Positions 26,836 to 40,466 of a stretch of DNA of 64,000 nt are shown here, piece after piece. Source of the DNA: Eledone cirrhosa. Lineage: Eukaryota. The notes below the pieces were generated by a model. It was not told the DNA's origin, did no database searches, and saw only the letters and a program-made list of their open reading frames with translations. Position 1 is the stretch's first letter, and each line of letters opens with the position of its first letter. The stretch is from the NCBI GenBank assembly GCA_964016885.1, contig OZ024742.1, forward strand, positions 132,990,001 through 133,054,000. The letters are read 5' to 3'. The position numbers and the translations under genes were made by a program.

Positions 26836-27749
26836 GGGGACATATTGGAAATTATACATATATTACACATGTTGTTACTATATATGAAACATGGGCTGTA
26901 TAGTATATATGGGTTGATATGAGTGAGATATCATTATGTGTCCGTGTTCAGAAGTTATTAATAAACGTTCAGATTGAGGTTCTGATGTTTGTGTTGGTTG
27001 AGTAGGTTGAGTTTTGATTCTTTCAAACTCTCGCAAACTTGAACAGAGTTCCCTTGAGCAAAGGCGTTTCAAACGTAATATGTTGATCATTAATAATTGT
27101 ACTGATGTTCCGTACGATTTTTAAGATGGTTTTGAAACGCATGTTGTGCCTTTTTCACTATGACAAAACGATGGCGATGATCAAGCACCGATCACCATCA
27201 TTGCCATCACCATCAACCAATCCCAAAACAAATCCAGTAACGATAAATAATTAGTATTCCATTACCAAACATGTTGGGGCCTGGCGGCCACCATCTGGGA
27301 TGTAGCAATCTAAACTGACTTGGAGATCGAGGCGAACATTCAGGATAGATTAATCAAGGGTTTGGTGTAAAATGTATTTTCAATGATAGTCATCCTGGTC
27401 CTTCCCTATTCCCTAAGTTTTAGCCGAAATGAATTTCAAATCTTCTCAAATTACGAGGATCTCGATCAAAATTAAATTAATGTAAAATCAGTAACACGAA
27501 TACTAAGTATGATTAAAAAAGTACGAAAACTATAGAAGATATTCAATGGATCTCACAATTAAACAATTTCAAAAAGGTCTCCTGCTAAGTAAACTACACA
27601 TCAAATGGAACATGTACCGATTCACCAACACAAACAAAGGAGTACCATATCCAAACCCAACGCACAGCCTAATGTGATACCTAATAAATTAACATAACTC
27701 ATACGAAATATAATGCTCCCTTATTACCAAGAAATAAAATTACAAAACT

Positions 27750-27792
27750 ACTACTATTACCTCCACTACTACTGCTCCTGCTCCTGCTACTG

Positions 27793-27823
<31 letters not shown>

Positions 27824-27842
27824 GGTTGCTGCTGCTGCTCTG

Positions 27843-27902
<60 letters not shown>

Positions 27903-27958
27903 GTACTACTACTACTACTACTGCTGCTGCTGGTCTGCTACTACTACTAGTACTACTA
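27750..27958. repeat. (TAC)n/(TGC)n trinucleotide tract at an S1 SINE tail
   Basis: Direct reading. Confidence 0.95.
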
Positions 27959-27967
27959 ATAAACAAT

Positions 27968-28183
27968 AATGGTTTCTTATATAGTCACAAGACCAGACAT
28001 TTTTGGGGAGGAGAATGTCGATTAAATCGACCGCAGTGTATTACCGGTACTTTATTTTATCAACCCGTAAGGATGAAAGGCAAAGTTAACCTCGGTGGGA
28101 TTTGAACTCAGACCGTAAATGGCCGTAACTCAATGCTGCAAGGCATGGCGTCCAACCCTCTACTCATACTGCTAATCCACCAC
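27968..28183 (-). mobile_element. S1 SINE (long variant)
   Basis: S1 match with extra TTTTTGGGGAGGAGAATGTCGATTAAATCGACC segment. Confidence 0.9.
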
Positions 28184-28189
28184 CTATAA

Positions 28190-29526
28190 CAATAATCTAC
28201 CGCCACCTCGACATAAATCACCTATTGCCGGAGGAGGACAAAGAATGCCGGAAGAAGTCCCGTAGTACAACAGATCAAGCAGTAAATGACAAGATAGCAA
28301 TAAAAACAGCCAGAGGAGGCATACTGGTCTTGCCATGGATTGGATAGGTTACAACAATGCAATCGACATGGTTTATCTGTCTTGGATTACCAAGTGTCTG
28401 GAAATATTCAATGTGGCGCACAGCATCTCACTGCTATTAAGTAATAGCATGAAGACCTGGAAGTCAGAGATTACATCACAGGTAAAATGCTTGGAATAGT
28501 GAAAATCAAGGTAAGTATCGTCCCAGGAGATAATATCTCATCTTTATTGTTTGTCTTTTAAGCCATACCCGTGTCCTACGAATTGCGAACAGGGAAGAGG
28601 AGAACTTACCATCTACCACGCATTCTTAATGGACGACTGAAATATCTTCGAGAAGACCGAGAAGGAGTTGAATGAACTTGTTGATATTGTCCGCATTTTC
28701 GGCAATGATATGTGTCTGGAATTTGGTGTTAATAAGTGTTGTGTCCTAGTGATTGGAGAAGTAAATTGAATAAAAGCAAAGGAATCGATGTATCAATGAG
28801 TGAGATAGGTATTTGGGTGTTCTGGAGGCAGATAACATCAAGGACAATAAAATGAAGTAGATGCTGAGATCTGAATACATAAGGAGAGTAACAAACACAT
28901 TTAAATCACAGCTGAATAGTAGAAATGCCATAAGTGAAGTACATTACCGAGCTGCGTCGATTACCAAGTACAGTGTGGGAATTCTTAAGTGGAATGTAAA
29001 CGAGTAAAAAACAACAACTGGATAGAAAGACAAGGAATTAACCTATAGTATGTTTCATGAGAAAGTTGATGTTGATAGACTGTACGTAAGGATATCTAAA
29101 GGTGGAAGATATATAATTAACGTAGAGGACTGTGTTTAGATGGAGAAGAGATGTCTACATAAATACGTGTTTGGGGTAAGGAGGCAATATTTAAGGCTGT
29201 CTTGAAGGAGGAGACCAGGGGATGTCTAAGAAAAAATAACAACAAAGAGAAAAAAACATTCTGAATGACAAGACCCTTCATAGCATCTTTTTAAAGAAAA
29301 CACAATTCAGAGATCAGCAGGCATAGAACTGGTTAAAGAAAGGGTATTTTACGAAATCCACATAGGAAATGCTAATGGCTGCACAGGAGCAAGGTTTTAG
29401 AACGAATAGGATGAAACACCATATTGACAAGGAGGAGGTTAGCCCATTCTCTAGGATCTGTGGAGAGCGAGACAGAGAGAGAGAGGGGGGAGGGAGAGAG
29501 GGAGAGGGAGGTAGATAGATAGATAG

Positions 29527-29608
<82 letters not shown>

Positions 29609-30150
29609 GAATTGTGGCTCACATCACATCCGGGTGTAAATTGCTAGCTCAGACTCGTTGTAAAGGATGAAGGCATGCTATCAAAGGAAACATTTTTCAC
29701 TGTCATTTATGCAAACTGAAGAAAGTACCTCATTCTGAGAAATGGTCTGAGCATAAGACACAGTTAGTGGTGATGGCAAACAAACGAGTGAAGGTGCTGT
29801 GGAATTTCAGGATAACACGGACAAATAATACGAACACAATGACCTGGCCCTGTGGATTTTCACAAGGAAACAAATGATCTGGCTTGATTATTGATATAAG
29901 TTGCCCCATTTGCACAAGAGTGCAAGGAAAGGACAAGGAGAATATTAAACGGTAACAGGATTTAATGAGGGGACTGATAAATATTTGGAAATGTCATGAG
30001 ATCAATGTCTTCCACATTGTCATAGGACCACTAGGTACTATCTCGAAGAGCTTCCAAGGCTGGTTAAAGACCATTTTTTTTTTTTGTAACCCTCTAGAAG
30101 GCATGTCTACTGGAAACAGCATCGACTCTCATATGCGTCCTGAATATTAG
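28190..30150 (+). pseudogene. R4/Dong-clade LINE: RT to RLE endonuclease, decayed
   Basis: WIGYNNAIDMV..WITKCLEIF, FGNDMCLEFGVNKC, YLGVLEADNIK, WLKKGYF..MLMAAQEQGFRTN, RICGER..VAHITSGC, VLWNFRI, VIGPLGTI across frames. Confidence 0.88.
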
Positions 30151-31534
30151 AGACTGCAGATAGCGACATGAGGTTCATTAGAGCAAATCACCCGCTTGAA
30201 AGCCATGATAGTTATCAGCAACCCTTACGCAAAGCAAATACCAACTAAAGCAAAACAAAAAAAATAAAAATCGTAAACACAAAACACAATATCACCCCAG
30301 TAGGCCTTCTTTCTTCAGTTTTGAAATTAGAAGTATACATCAAATATTCCGGTTCAGTGTATCACCTTGTTTAAAAAAGAGGACAAGATCAGGGCTTAAG
30401 CGACTTTAAACTTTATTCATCATGTGAAGAACTTTCCATGTGCAATAACAGTACAAGAACACCCAAACCACATGCTCTTCATTAACAACACTAGAATCAG
30501 AACCGCATTAGCAATCTACCCTAGGAGTCTCCACATGGTCTGTTGCCTTGTCAGGAAATAACAACGGTTTTCTTTAGCTGACATAACATGCTTTTCAGAT
30601 TTTAAATAAAGAAAGGTTTCATTTATGAATTATCCTGAGATGACAAGATCAGACTTAGAAAGCTTGTTATCGCAGCAATAGCTTATCGGGGCTGGTTTGG
30701 GTTTAAAAATCAACAAAGCAAATAGCGTGACTATAAACTTTAGATTTGTTTCTAACTACACAATGACCAGAAACATACAACTAAATCTACTGAAATTATC
30801 ATCATCACCACCGTAAATATAAATGACGCCACATCATACGACACGACCACTACTTCCTTAAATACGAGAAAAACCGCTACAACATTATAGCAATCACAAC
30901 TACAACTAACAATGTTCCAAACAACCCTGCTATCTAGTTATCAGAATGACAAGACATTTTTACAGAATTTCCTTATCACGTGTGTCGTTGTTGTCGCATG
31001 ATGAGATACGAATAAACTTTAATAAAGTTTACCAATGGAAAACACAATTACAACTGCTAAGATTTTATTTCTTTAGTTTTGTTTTTTGGCTGATGAGCAT
31101 GATTAAGTTTTCTTGATTGATTGGATCATTGATTGGCTGGTATTCTAAATGGTCACGTAGAGGATTCACCGCCTCGTTATGTCGACTGCTTTTCGTTTTG
31201 TCTTTAAAAATGAAGTTAAATTCTATAAAATGGATTCGTTTACGAGAAGAAGAAACGCCTTTTAATATATGTGTGTAGAACAACCCGTCCTGCGGTTTGA
31301 CTGCTATATCTACTTGGATATGTATAAAAAAATGCAAATACACTATATATATATATATATATATATATGTAAGGGAGGGGGGTGCGCGTCTGTGTGTGCC
31401 TATGTGTGTGTGTGTGTGTGTGTGTGTTAGATACAAATACAAATAAAAAATAAGTTTGATTATCTGTATGTTTGGCTATCTAAAATACCTACTGGTCTAT
31501 TTTTGTACTAACTATATGTACCTATTTATGTATG

Positions 31535-31596
<62 letters not shown>

Positions 31597-31929
31597 ATTG
31601 CATACATATACATATTCTTTAATATCTTATTTTACTAGTCACAGTCAAAGTATTGCTGTCATACTGGAGCCACGCATTCAACATTTATTTGATTATAACG
31701 ACCCCAGGCTTGTTTCTGATGTCTGTGTTAGAGAATAAAGGAAAACTACAGATGGCCTGGGAAATGTTTGTATCCAGAAAATAATGCTGTTAAACAAATA
31801 ACACAAAGTACGTTTTTTTGGCACTAAATAACTTCTGCCAATTTACTCAATTTATTTATATATGAACACCAGACATATCTACAAACTGCCTTTCGTTAAC
31901 ATTGTATAGTCTATGTAGAAAATAGTGGA

Positions 31930-32160
31930 AACCCTTTTCTTTTAGTTGTATATATTCTTTCGGTCATTACCCAAGATTCATGACCATAGATATGTGTTGG
32001 CACGAATACTGAATTGAAGTTAGCGTGTTTGGCTTTTTCATTTACCTCATTTCTTCTTATTAACAAATGATGATGTTGGCGCACTACTGCGTCAGCTCCT
32101 GGAATTCTTGTACTTAATTTAGCGTCCTGATTTCCGTCACTCGTGAACACAGCCTGATAG
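31930..32160 (-). pseudogene. RTE-clade LINE post-RT fragment
   Basis: FTSDGNQDAKLSTRI..A.AV..SVFVPTHIYGHESWVMTERI. Confidence 0.8.
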
Positions 32161-32214
32161 TGTTTGGATCTGAGAGATCAGAGAGTTGCTCGAAGTAGAG
32201 GTGTTACTTCTCCG

Positions 32215-32475
32215 AATTGAGAGATCACAGTTCTGATATTCACGCATGTATTTAGCAAGTCTCAGGAAAGAATCACTGGACAGATTTTACGCGCAAAACC
32301 GAATTATAGCACAGAAAAATATACACCACGAGCTCTATGTTTCGATACTATCGAAAGGCTCGCCTGGTATCACATGGGGTTCCAGTCAGATCATTTGGGA
32401 GACGGTTGTTTCTGACAGGAGCCGATGGAAGGAGTGTTTGAGGATTCCGCCTTACGATACTCTCAGGAATAAATG
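32215..32475 (+). pseudogene. RTE-clade LINE extreme 3' ORF end
   Basis: Across frames RSQF.., QILRAKPN, WETVVSDRSRWKECLRIPP; resembles an RTE ORF C-terminus. Confidence 0.6.
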
Positions 32476-32871
32476 GGTGATGAGATTAGTACTATTGTCA
32501 ATTTTGCTGCTGTTGTTATTGTTGGTGTTGTCGTTGTTTCTCAATCCGTTACAATTAACTTGTTGAATGCTGGTTGCAAAGGGGATGTCAGCACGTGCGT
32601 GTTGTAAAGACTTCGAACAAGTAGAGAGTGAAAGAGAAGTTTTTGACGCCATGTTGTTTATTTTGTTGTTTAATTTTGTTAAAACATTTTTTTAAAATGT
32701 AATTTGTTCCCTTTAATGCATAAATCAATAAGGTCAACCGGACTCTTATGACGACGTCGATCCCTTATGTAAACAAAAACAATATTGAGATTTTAAAACC
32801 TCCGAACTGTGTTTAAACCGGTAAAAAGAGACCTGAATTCGCGGCGAGGTTAAAACGCGTGATTATTATTG

Positions 32872-33535
32872 AGGGCGGTGGATTGGCAGTATCGGTAGAG
32901 GGTCGGACGCCATGCTTTCCAGCATAGTTACGTCCCTTTACGATTTGAGTTCAAATCCCGCCGAGGTTGACTTTGAATTTCATCCTTACGGGGTCGATAA
33001 AATAAAGTACCAGTAATGCACTGGATAATTGCTGGCCTTGTGCCTAACGTAGAAACAATTATTATTGATTATATTGTTGGATTGATAGTATAGGTAGAGC
33101 GTCGGACAATATGCTTTGCAGCATATTGCTACGTCACTTTGCGTTTTGAGTTCAAATTCAACCGATGTTAATTCCCCTTTCTTCCTTACGGAGTCGATAA
33201 AATAAAGTAGCAATAATACGCTGGGGGTCGATTTAAACTTCCTTCTCCACCCATTCAAATGGCTGGCTTTGTGCCTAACGTAGAATAAATCATTATTATT
33301 GTTGGAAAAGAGCGCAGAACAAGATGATTTGTCAATAGTGCGCAGAACAACATGATTTGCAGCATATAGTCACGTCCCTTTCCGTTCTGAAATTAAATGC
33401 CCCCGAAGTTAGCTTTACCTTTCATCCTTACGTGATCGATAAAATATTGTACCAGCAATGCACTGACTGGTTCGATTTAATCTAATGTCTCTTCCCTTCA
33501 AATTGTTGACTTAGTGCCTAAATTAGAAACCATTG
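32872..33535 (+). mobile_element. Three S1 SINEs head-to-tail (young short copy, then two older long copies)
   Basis: 32872-33062, 33075-33295, ~33300-33535. Confidence 0.88.
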
Positions 33536-34019
33536 TCATTTGAAATATTTCGTCTACGGCTCACCATAACAAAATTTTGATGGCAAATAAGAAATCAGTG
33601 AAAGTGACATATTTTCACTTAATTATGTTTGGTTCCCTGGTGATATTGCTACATTAAGGAAGTATGTGGAAATCTTCAATGAAACCAAATGAAAAACAAA
33701 ATGTCAAAACGAAACGAAATCATCAGACAGGACAAGAATGACAACAAATCGGAGCTGTCATTATATTAACCATCTACTATATATCATAGTTAGAGATAAG
33801 ATTAAGAGAATATAGGCGGGGTAGACTTGAGTTTAATTATTTGTCTCCTTATGTTGATTTATTTTACGCCCCTAATATTTTTATGAATGTGAAGCTGTCT
33901 CCGACTCTCTAGACATTATGTTGAGGATATTAGATTGTAGGAGACAATAATGTTCATTCAATAAATGCTTGGAAAAGAGAAGATTTAAGGCTTATGTTGG
34001 TCTAAGAGATTTTGTAGAT

Positions 34020-34830
34020 GTTATTAGTAAAGCCGCCTCCTCCTTAGTTGGCTCTCCTGTGTTTAGCCTTACTCTCTCTTATACGCACACGGACACCATT
34101 CATAACAAGCCAGTGGTCATTGCCTAGTGTACTGAAATAAATGGAGGGTTCTCTATTCGGATAACTATTTCACCGCATCCTCCTCAACAGAATGAAATCA
34201 TTCTGGTGCTTGATCAGGGGCATATCAGAGATGTAGGTCCACATCTTCCCCGCTTTCAGGTTCGCCTCCAGCAGGGTTTCCCTAAGTAGTCTCCCATTTC
34301 GATTAATGTTGTCATGGAAGTACCAGCAGGGATCTTCACTACTCTGCTAACTCAAATGTGCATTGTAATCACCCAGAAGAAGCTTGAAGCTGTGAGTTCG
34401 TGTGGTGTTGACACCACTACACACCGCCCCATGGAACTCCTTTGTCCTCTCATTGTTGTCCCCTTCAGTTGGCCTATAGCCTGAGATGGCCGTAACTTTG
34501 TGTTTCGATTGAAGGTTATCCTGAAAACTTATGAGGAAATATGTATGATCTCCATCACAAATTGGTTTGTTCTTGCACTCAACACACACTTCACTGCTCC
34601 TACTTCAGCTTAAGCAGTGTTTCTTGTAGGTGATGTGGTTATGATCCAGATCTTCCTTCTGATCATCATCTTCTTTAAGGGCTAATCATGTAAGATCCTG
34701 TGTACCCAGATCACAAGTATCAACACACCACTCTCCTCGAACATATGGCCCTTACTTTTCTCTAGCGTCCTAACTGTCGTCATATTCAATGTGCCCATTT
34801 TAATGGGTGTTCTGCAGAACCATACTGAGT
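34020..34830 (-). pseudogene. RTE-like APE endonuclease fragment
   Basis: MGTLNMTTV, ISGYRPT, LLLGDYNAHL, FHDNINRNGRLL, GKMWTYISD. Confidence 0.8.
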
Positions 34831-34925
34831 TTTTTGTATCTTTTGTATCTTTTGTATCTTTAGTTCACCCATCATCCAATGGCCATTCGAATGAAGCAGA
34901 TCTAGTCCTGTAGAAGCCATTTCTG

Positions 34926-34960
<35 letters not shown>

Positions 34961-34962
<2 letters not shown>

Positions 34963-35378
34963 GTATAGAAATGTCGTATTTCTAAAGAAAATACGGTTTT
35001 TGGAAACCGTAGCTATGCAAACACCGGGGCTAACGCCCTCTGGTTGTGTCCAGCAGAAGCAGGTGAGGCAACCGTCTATAGATTTCAGGATTGACTGGCC
35101 TTCGTCCGGACGGTCCTTCCCATCGCTTGCTACTGTTGGACTTGGAAACAGTCGAGAATATATAGTTTTCTCGTCTGTGTAAATGAGGTGATTAATCTCA
35201 TTTGCATATGAAGCTGCAAAAGTTGGCTCAACTCATAATAGAAAAGAAATAAGATTTCGCTTCAAGCTCGGTGTTTGCATAGCTACGGCTTCCTAAAACC
35301 ATATTTCTTTAGAAATACGAAATTTCTATACATATTGTATAAATCTATGCTTGAAGCGAAACCTTATTTCTTTTCATA
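34961..35378. mobile_element. PLE-like fold-back element in (AT)n with minimal HHR at 35071-35114 (-)
   Basis: 34961-35030 inverted at 35262-35333; ACCGTC-CGGACGA-AGG ccagtcaat CCT-GAAA-TCTA-TA-GACGGT. Confidence 0.78.
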
Positions 35379-35384
35379 TATATA

Positions 35385-35702
35385 TGGTTCGAAACTTTAA
35401 ATGTGGGTTTAGTTTGGCGCCTCATAATTCCGAATCAAATTTTTAAACTGATCGGACATACCTTCGTGCACGCGAATTCAATGAAGAGGATACTATTTTC
35501 TGTGTGTAAGTGTTTTATTTCACATTTGTTTACATCTAATAAATAATAGGTTGCAAAACTCACTTTCGAAATAAACAAGTATATTCATTGTTTTTTTTCT
35601 TCATCAATCTTCATTAATACATTTTATTCGATTGAATATGTGTCGTATACGTCTATCAGCTATTCTTTGATGAGCCACTGTAAAACTATGTGCCTAGTTG
35701 AA
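35385..35702 (+). repeat. Unclassified ~315 bp dispersed repeat
   Basis: Near-identical inverted copy at 44862-45172. Confidence 0.85.
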
Positions 35703-38688
35703 ATATTACGAAGAGGAACCATATCCTTTTTAATGATATTGTTACAGATTTAAAATTACCAAATATTACTAACACAAACAACACCAACAATGGCACCAAC
35801 AACAATAACAACGCCAACAACAAAAATAACAGCGGTAAGGTCGAGAAAGACACAACAGCCAACAATAATATTGGAAACAGTATCAACAAAAAACAACAAT
35901 AATAACAACATCCACAATAATAGTAACAGCAGCAACAGTATCAACGAAAACAACAACAATGACAACAATAACAGCAACATCAGTACTAACGAAAACAACA
36001 ACAATGACATCAATACCAGTAACAGCGATCTCAGCACCACCAGCAAGACCAGTAGCAGCAGCAATAGTGGTGCCGCTGAAAATGGGGCTACTTCTTTTGC
36101 AGGTGTGGCCCGAAATGTGGAAACAGTGCTAGTCAAACAAGGGCCATGGTGACGAAAAATGCCAATAGAGTTTCCCTGAATCCTCCACCCGATGTTTTCA
36201 AGGACCAGCAGCTACGGACGGTGACTTACCGCGCCGTAAGCAAAATCTCACATCAGGTAGAGAGAGCCACGGAGGCTGAAATCCCAAAGGCCTTAGGATG
36301 CGTTTGGGGGCGCAAAACCTACATCACCCGAGGCGGAAAGTATGCCACAGTGGACATACATTTCGCTACCCCACAAGAGGCGAAGTCACACTCTTTGGAA
36401 ACCCTAAAGTGGGAGGAGATAGTGTTGGTGTCCTCCTAATGCAAGCAGAAAATTGTGAGGTTCAAAGTGACCCAGGTCCCACACGATCAGGGTAGCTGAT
36501 CCTTTCTCACTTACTCCATTCCTCACCCAACATGGCCTTACTTAGAATAAGCAGCATAAATGTAAATGGCCTGGGATCATCCTGGAAGCAGGGCCACCTG
36601 CTTAACGATCTGAGGTCACTAAACATAGATGTGGTGAGAATAAGCGAGACCAGAATTTCCGAAGCACGAGACTTCGCACCGATCTTCGGCGGCTATGATG
36701 TATATACGCATCTCCCAGCCGTCCGGGGGTGGAGGGCGGAAATGCTGTGCTTTTTCGGAGAGGTTTGGATCTCGCCATACGGGCCATCTTCCTGCAAGCA
36801 GAAGGTAAGACGCTGGTACTGGACGTGACAAGCAGCGAAGGCAATGATTTCAGGCTAGTGGCCGTCTACGCCCCAACAGAGGCAGAACGGCCAGATTCCT
36901 TCAGACGTCTAGAGTCCTTTCTTGAAACGTTCTGCTCATTTATTGTTAGTGGGTGACTGGAACGGTATCTTAGATGCACGCTGGGATTATGTGGGGCTAG
37001 TAAATAAGGGAGGAGGATGTAAAAGCCTAACCAACATTCTTAGACGTTTCAACTGTCTGACAGGTATCGACTGGATTATCAGAATGTGCCAATCTGGGCA
37101 TGGGCAACCCGGTCAGGTCATCCAGATCGTATCTAGATAGGGTATTGTGTAGGCAAACAATGAAGGCTAGCGTAGGGTGTCCACAATTTAAAATAGTCGG
37201 CTACTCGGACCACACATTTGTGATCTGTGAAGTCGACTTATATAGACTTCATTGGCAAGGACCTCGTTACTGGAAGCTGAATGCGTAATTCTCGGCGCGC
37301 AAAGCTTACAGAGACCGGATAAGCGAATTAGTTAAGCGTGCGTTGACGGGTGCCATCGTCAACAACAGGTGGTGGTTTACCCAGTAAAGGGCAATTAGAG
37401 TAGAATCAATAAGGTTTAGCAAAGGAGTAAAGATAGAGGAAAATAGAGTAGAAGGAGAGCTTGTTTGAAAGCTAGAAGAGGCGTTTAGGACAGGCATCGC
37501 AACTGACGTGCTTTTGGCAAGATTGGCACTCGACCAATTCTTCAACGCAAAGCATGAAGGCTGCGTTGTCAGAGCTAGCGTGCATGCTCTGAGACAAGAG
37601 GGGATAAAAACCGTTCAATGGGCCCGGATGGTGTTTGTGTGACGTGGCACAAAGCCACAATATAATCCTTGCCTGAGCAAAACGGGCACATGTTATCGGA
37701 CCCGAGCAGCACATTGCTCAACTGTTTGGAAGCGGCGGTGGGCCAGTCGGAGTACGAACTTTAGTGCATATCTCGAGTGCAGTATTGCGAAAAGCCGATA
37801 ACAGTAGGTGATATACGGGAATCGATGTCTGAATGCCTGAGGGTTAAATCGCCAGGTTTGGATGGTCTGCCCTACGTGCTTTATGCGTACATGCCAAACT
37901 TGTTCGGCGACCTCTTGGCACACGTCAGCTGCAACTGGTACGAGAACGGGAGCATTCCCAGTTATGTGAGCCGGGGAGCGCTGGCGCTGTTGAGAGAAGA
38001 CCTGAACAAAGTGGACGTTATAGACAACTTCACTCCCATAACTCTGTTAAACACAGACTTCAAGATTTTTGGCCAAGGTGTTAGCAACGAGATTGGGGTT
38101 TGTCATCGGTAGTCTTGTAGGAGAGGCACAGGCATGCGCCATTCCAGACAGATCCATCCACGACAACCTCCACCTCATGCGATACATCATAGAGAGGGTG
38201 ATTAAGGAACCTGGCACGGGTGGAGCCTGATCAACTTATATCAATCTAAGGCTTTGATAGGGTCTACCATCTGTACCTGGCAGCGGTCCTCAAGGCGGCT
38301 GGTTTCGGGCCCAATTTCAGGGGTCGGATCGCTGCGATGCACAGCGATATCAGCTCAGTTGTGAAGGTGAACGGTCATCTGTCACAGCCATTCAGCATCA
38401 TTCAGCTCGGTCCGTCAGGGTTAAACCCTGTCGTCCCTCTGGTACGTATTGACCCTACAGCCGTTACTGCACACATTGGAGACGATGAGTGACGTCCCAT
38501 GAGAACTGGGATGTAGGAGATCCGTATCGGCTTACGCCAACGACGTCACCGTGGTGGTGTCAACCGCCGGACATGTCCTGATGCTGGGCGCCGTTCTCAA
38601 GGACTATGAAGCAGTGACAGGTGCAAAGTTGAACCAGGAAAAGTTGGTGGGCTTGCAGCTCGGCACCTGGAGAGGCAAGTCCATGCCT
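35703..38688 (+). mobile_element. L1/Tx1-clade LINE copy 2; ORF1 C-half deleted, ORF2 from 36532, 3'-truncated after the RT core
   Basis: MALLRISSINVNGL, SETRI, GDWNGIL, YLDRVL, SDH, KSPGLDGL, AYANDV (~38530). Confidence 0.92.
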
Positions 38689-38689
38689 A

Positions 38690-39256
38690 TCCCGAGGTAG
38701 CTCATCGGGCTTTTGTAGCCTCGGTACCCCAACTCCAGAACATTATATATAGCATTGGCCGAAAACGCAATACCAACTAAATATAGCAGCTGTTTTAGAC
38801 CCTAGAGATTTTTTTATTACTTTTTACTATCCAACTTTAAAATTTTATATATATTTTTATTTAATTATTATCTTCTAATCTCATTTTATTAACCTATTCT
38901 ATAATGTCCCTTCTCTATAATCTCCAGAATCCTTTTTCGCCTGTTTCCTATCTAGTCCAATGTCATACACACTCCTTAGAATTTGCTGTATAGAATTCAC
39001 TTTCTACGCTTGACCGGCTCAGCCACACCCTCATTGTTCTACAGGCAAGTTCAGCCACCCCACCTCCCACCCACTAATATGAAAGATTTAATGGTGTTAA
39101 CAAGAAACTTTGACCAATCCTTTTGACAACTACAATCTTCCCATATAAGGAATTACGCCTTGAAATGTTCGGCTATTTATTTACCACGCTAAACATTCTA
39201 ATTTAGTCCAGAAATATCCGTCTAAACGGCTTGAGCTCTGCCGTCGGGGTTAAACA

Positions 39257-39262
<6 letters not shown>
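38690..39262 (+). mobile_element. PLE-like pseudo-LTR (family L) with degenerate long-stem-II HHR at 39155-39252
   Basis: CGGCTATTT...AAATATCCGTC-TAAA-CGGC ttgagctct GCCG-TC-GGGGT, then (AT)n. Confidence 0.55.
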
Positions 39263-39295
<33 letters not shown>

Positions 39296-39298
<3 letters not shown>

Positions 39299-40466
39299 TA
39301 AATCTACCAAAATATACGGTAGTGTCCAATCCGTATGAAGAACTCAATGTAATGCAAATATCATGAAAAGAGATGTATTCAACATTTTTTCGATGAAAAA
39401 CACAGGAAAACAGAGTCAAGATAAATTAATAAACACAATCAATAAAAACAAAGAAACAGTTCCTTATATTAAAAAAATGCATCATTTTACGATCGTTTCT
39501 AGGATATATATGTGTGTGTTCGTATGTATATCATATAGATCTATGTAAAAGTTTTCCAAACTATCAGAGGGAATATACATACCTACACATATATATGCTG
39601 TCTTCAGAAATAATGATATTTGTTTATTGAAAAGATTTAATATAATGCCAACAACATAATATCAAATCTATGAGATTTTGATATTTATTTTAAGAACAAT
39701 ACCTTAACATCGGTATGAGCAGCCGGTTACAGCTCGTAAACTCTTTAGCATTTAAACCGGCCACATCTGGCCAGAATTCTCTCACCTCTCTCTGTTCAAA
39801 CTAGCTGTAACCGGCTGCTTATACTGATGTTAAGGCATTTATCTCAAAATAGATAATATCAACATCTCATAGATTCGATATTATGTGAGATAATTATATG
39901 GGATAAAGCCTTTATTGTGAAAATACAATAGTATATATAGAGTAATGTAAATGTTATGTGAGATATTATGTGAGATAAAGCCTTTACTGTGAAAATACAA
40001 TAGTATATATAGAGTAATGTAAATGTTAAAGGGTTAACTAATACCTTTAGCTTCAAGTTTCTACAATATTCTAACTGAACTGTATATTTTTATTGCTCAA
40101 GTTAATAATATTTTCATACAGCTAATGAAGTGATATAAAACCATTTTCAGAGATTATACAAAGATTTAATATAATAGGTCTGTTTGGGAACAGGTTTTGA
40201 ATTGACCAATAGAATTCAAAACCTGTTCCCAAACAGACCTATTATATTAAATCTTTGTTGGTTTTTTCAATAAACAAATATCATTATTTCTAAAGACAGC
40301 ATATATATGTGTAAGTATGTATATTCCCTCTGATAGTTTGTAAAAGTTTTAAATAGATCTCTGATATACACACACATATATCTCCTAGAAACGATCGTAA
40401 AATAATGAATTTTTTAATATAAGGAATTGTTTTCTTTGTTTTTATTCATTGTTTTTATTAATTTAT
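39296..40466. mobile_element. PLE-like family E: large inverted repeat with mirrored HHRs (39542-39612 -, 40285-40355 +)
   Basis: 39421-39633 inverted at 40264-40466; nested hairpin 40158-40258; consensus of the two arms TATTT-CTGAAGA-44 nt-GAAAACTTTT-AAATA. Confidence 0.8.
39737..40037. mobile_element. piggyBac-like MITE nested in family E
   Basis: TIRs CTCTTTAGCATTTA / TAAATGTTAAAGGG with TAAA/TTAA flanks; internal ~70 bp tandem duplication. Confidence 0.6.

Noticed and set aside
26878-27210. Possible exon or PLE endonuclease tail on the minus strand
   Set aside because: No frame gives a convincing motif
32452-32652. ORF MASKTSLSLST with good start context (AACAACATGG)
   Set aside because: No recognisable domain, runs into low-complexity and RTE sequence, no supporting exons
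34885-34920. GAATGAAGCAGATCTAGTCCTGTAGAAGC, similar to the 23345 HHR 3' half
   Set aside because: 5' core missing; fragment only
35663-35715. TTGATGA...GAAATATTA as an HHR
   Set aside because: Stems I and II do not pair, and the GAAA part is absent from the second copy of the repeat
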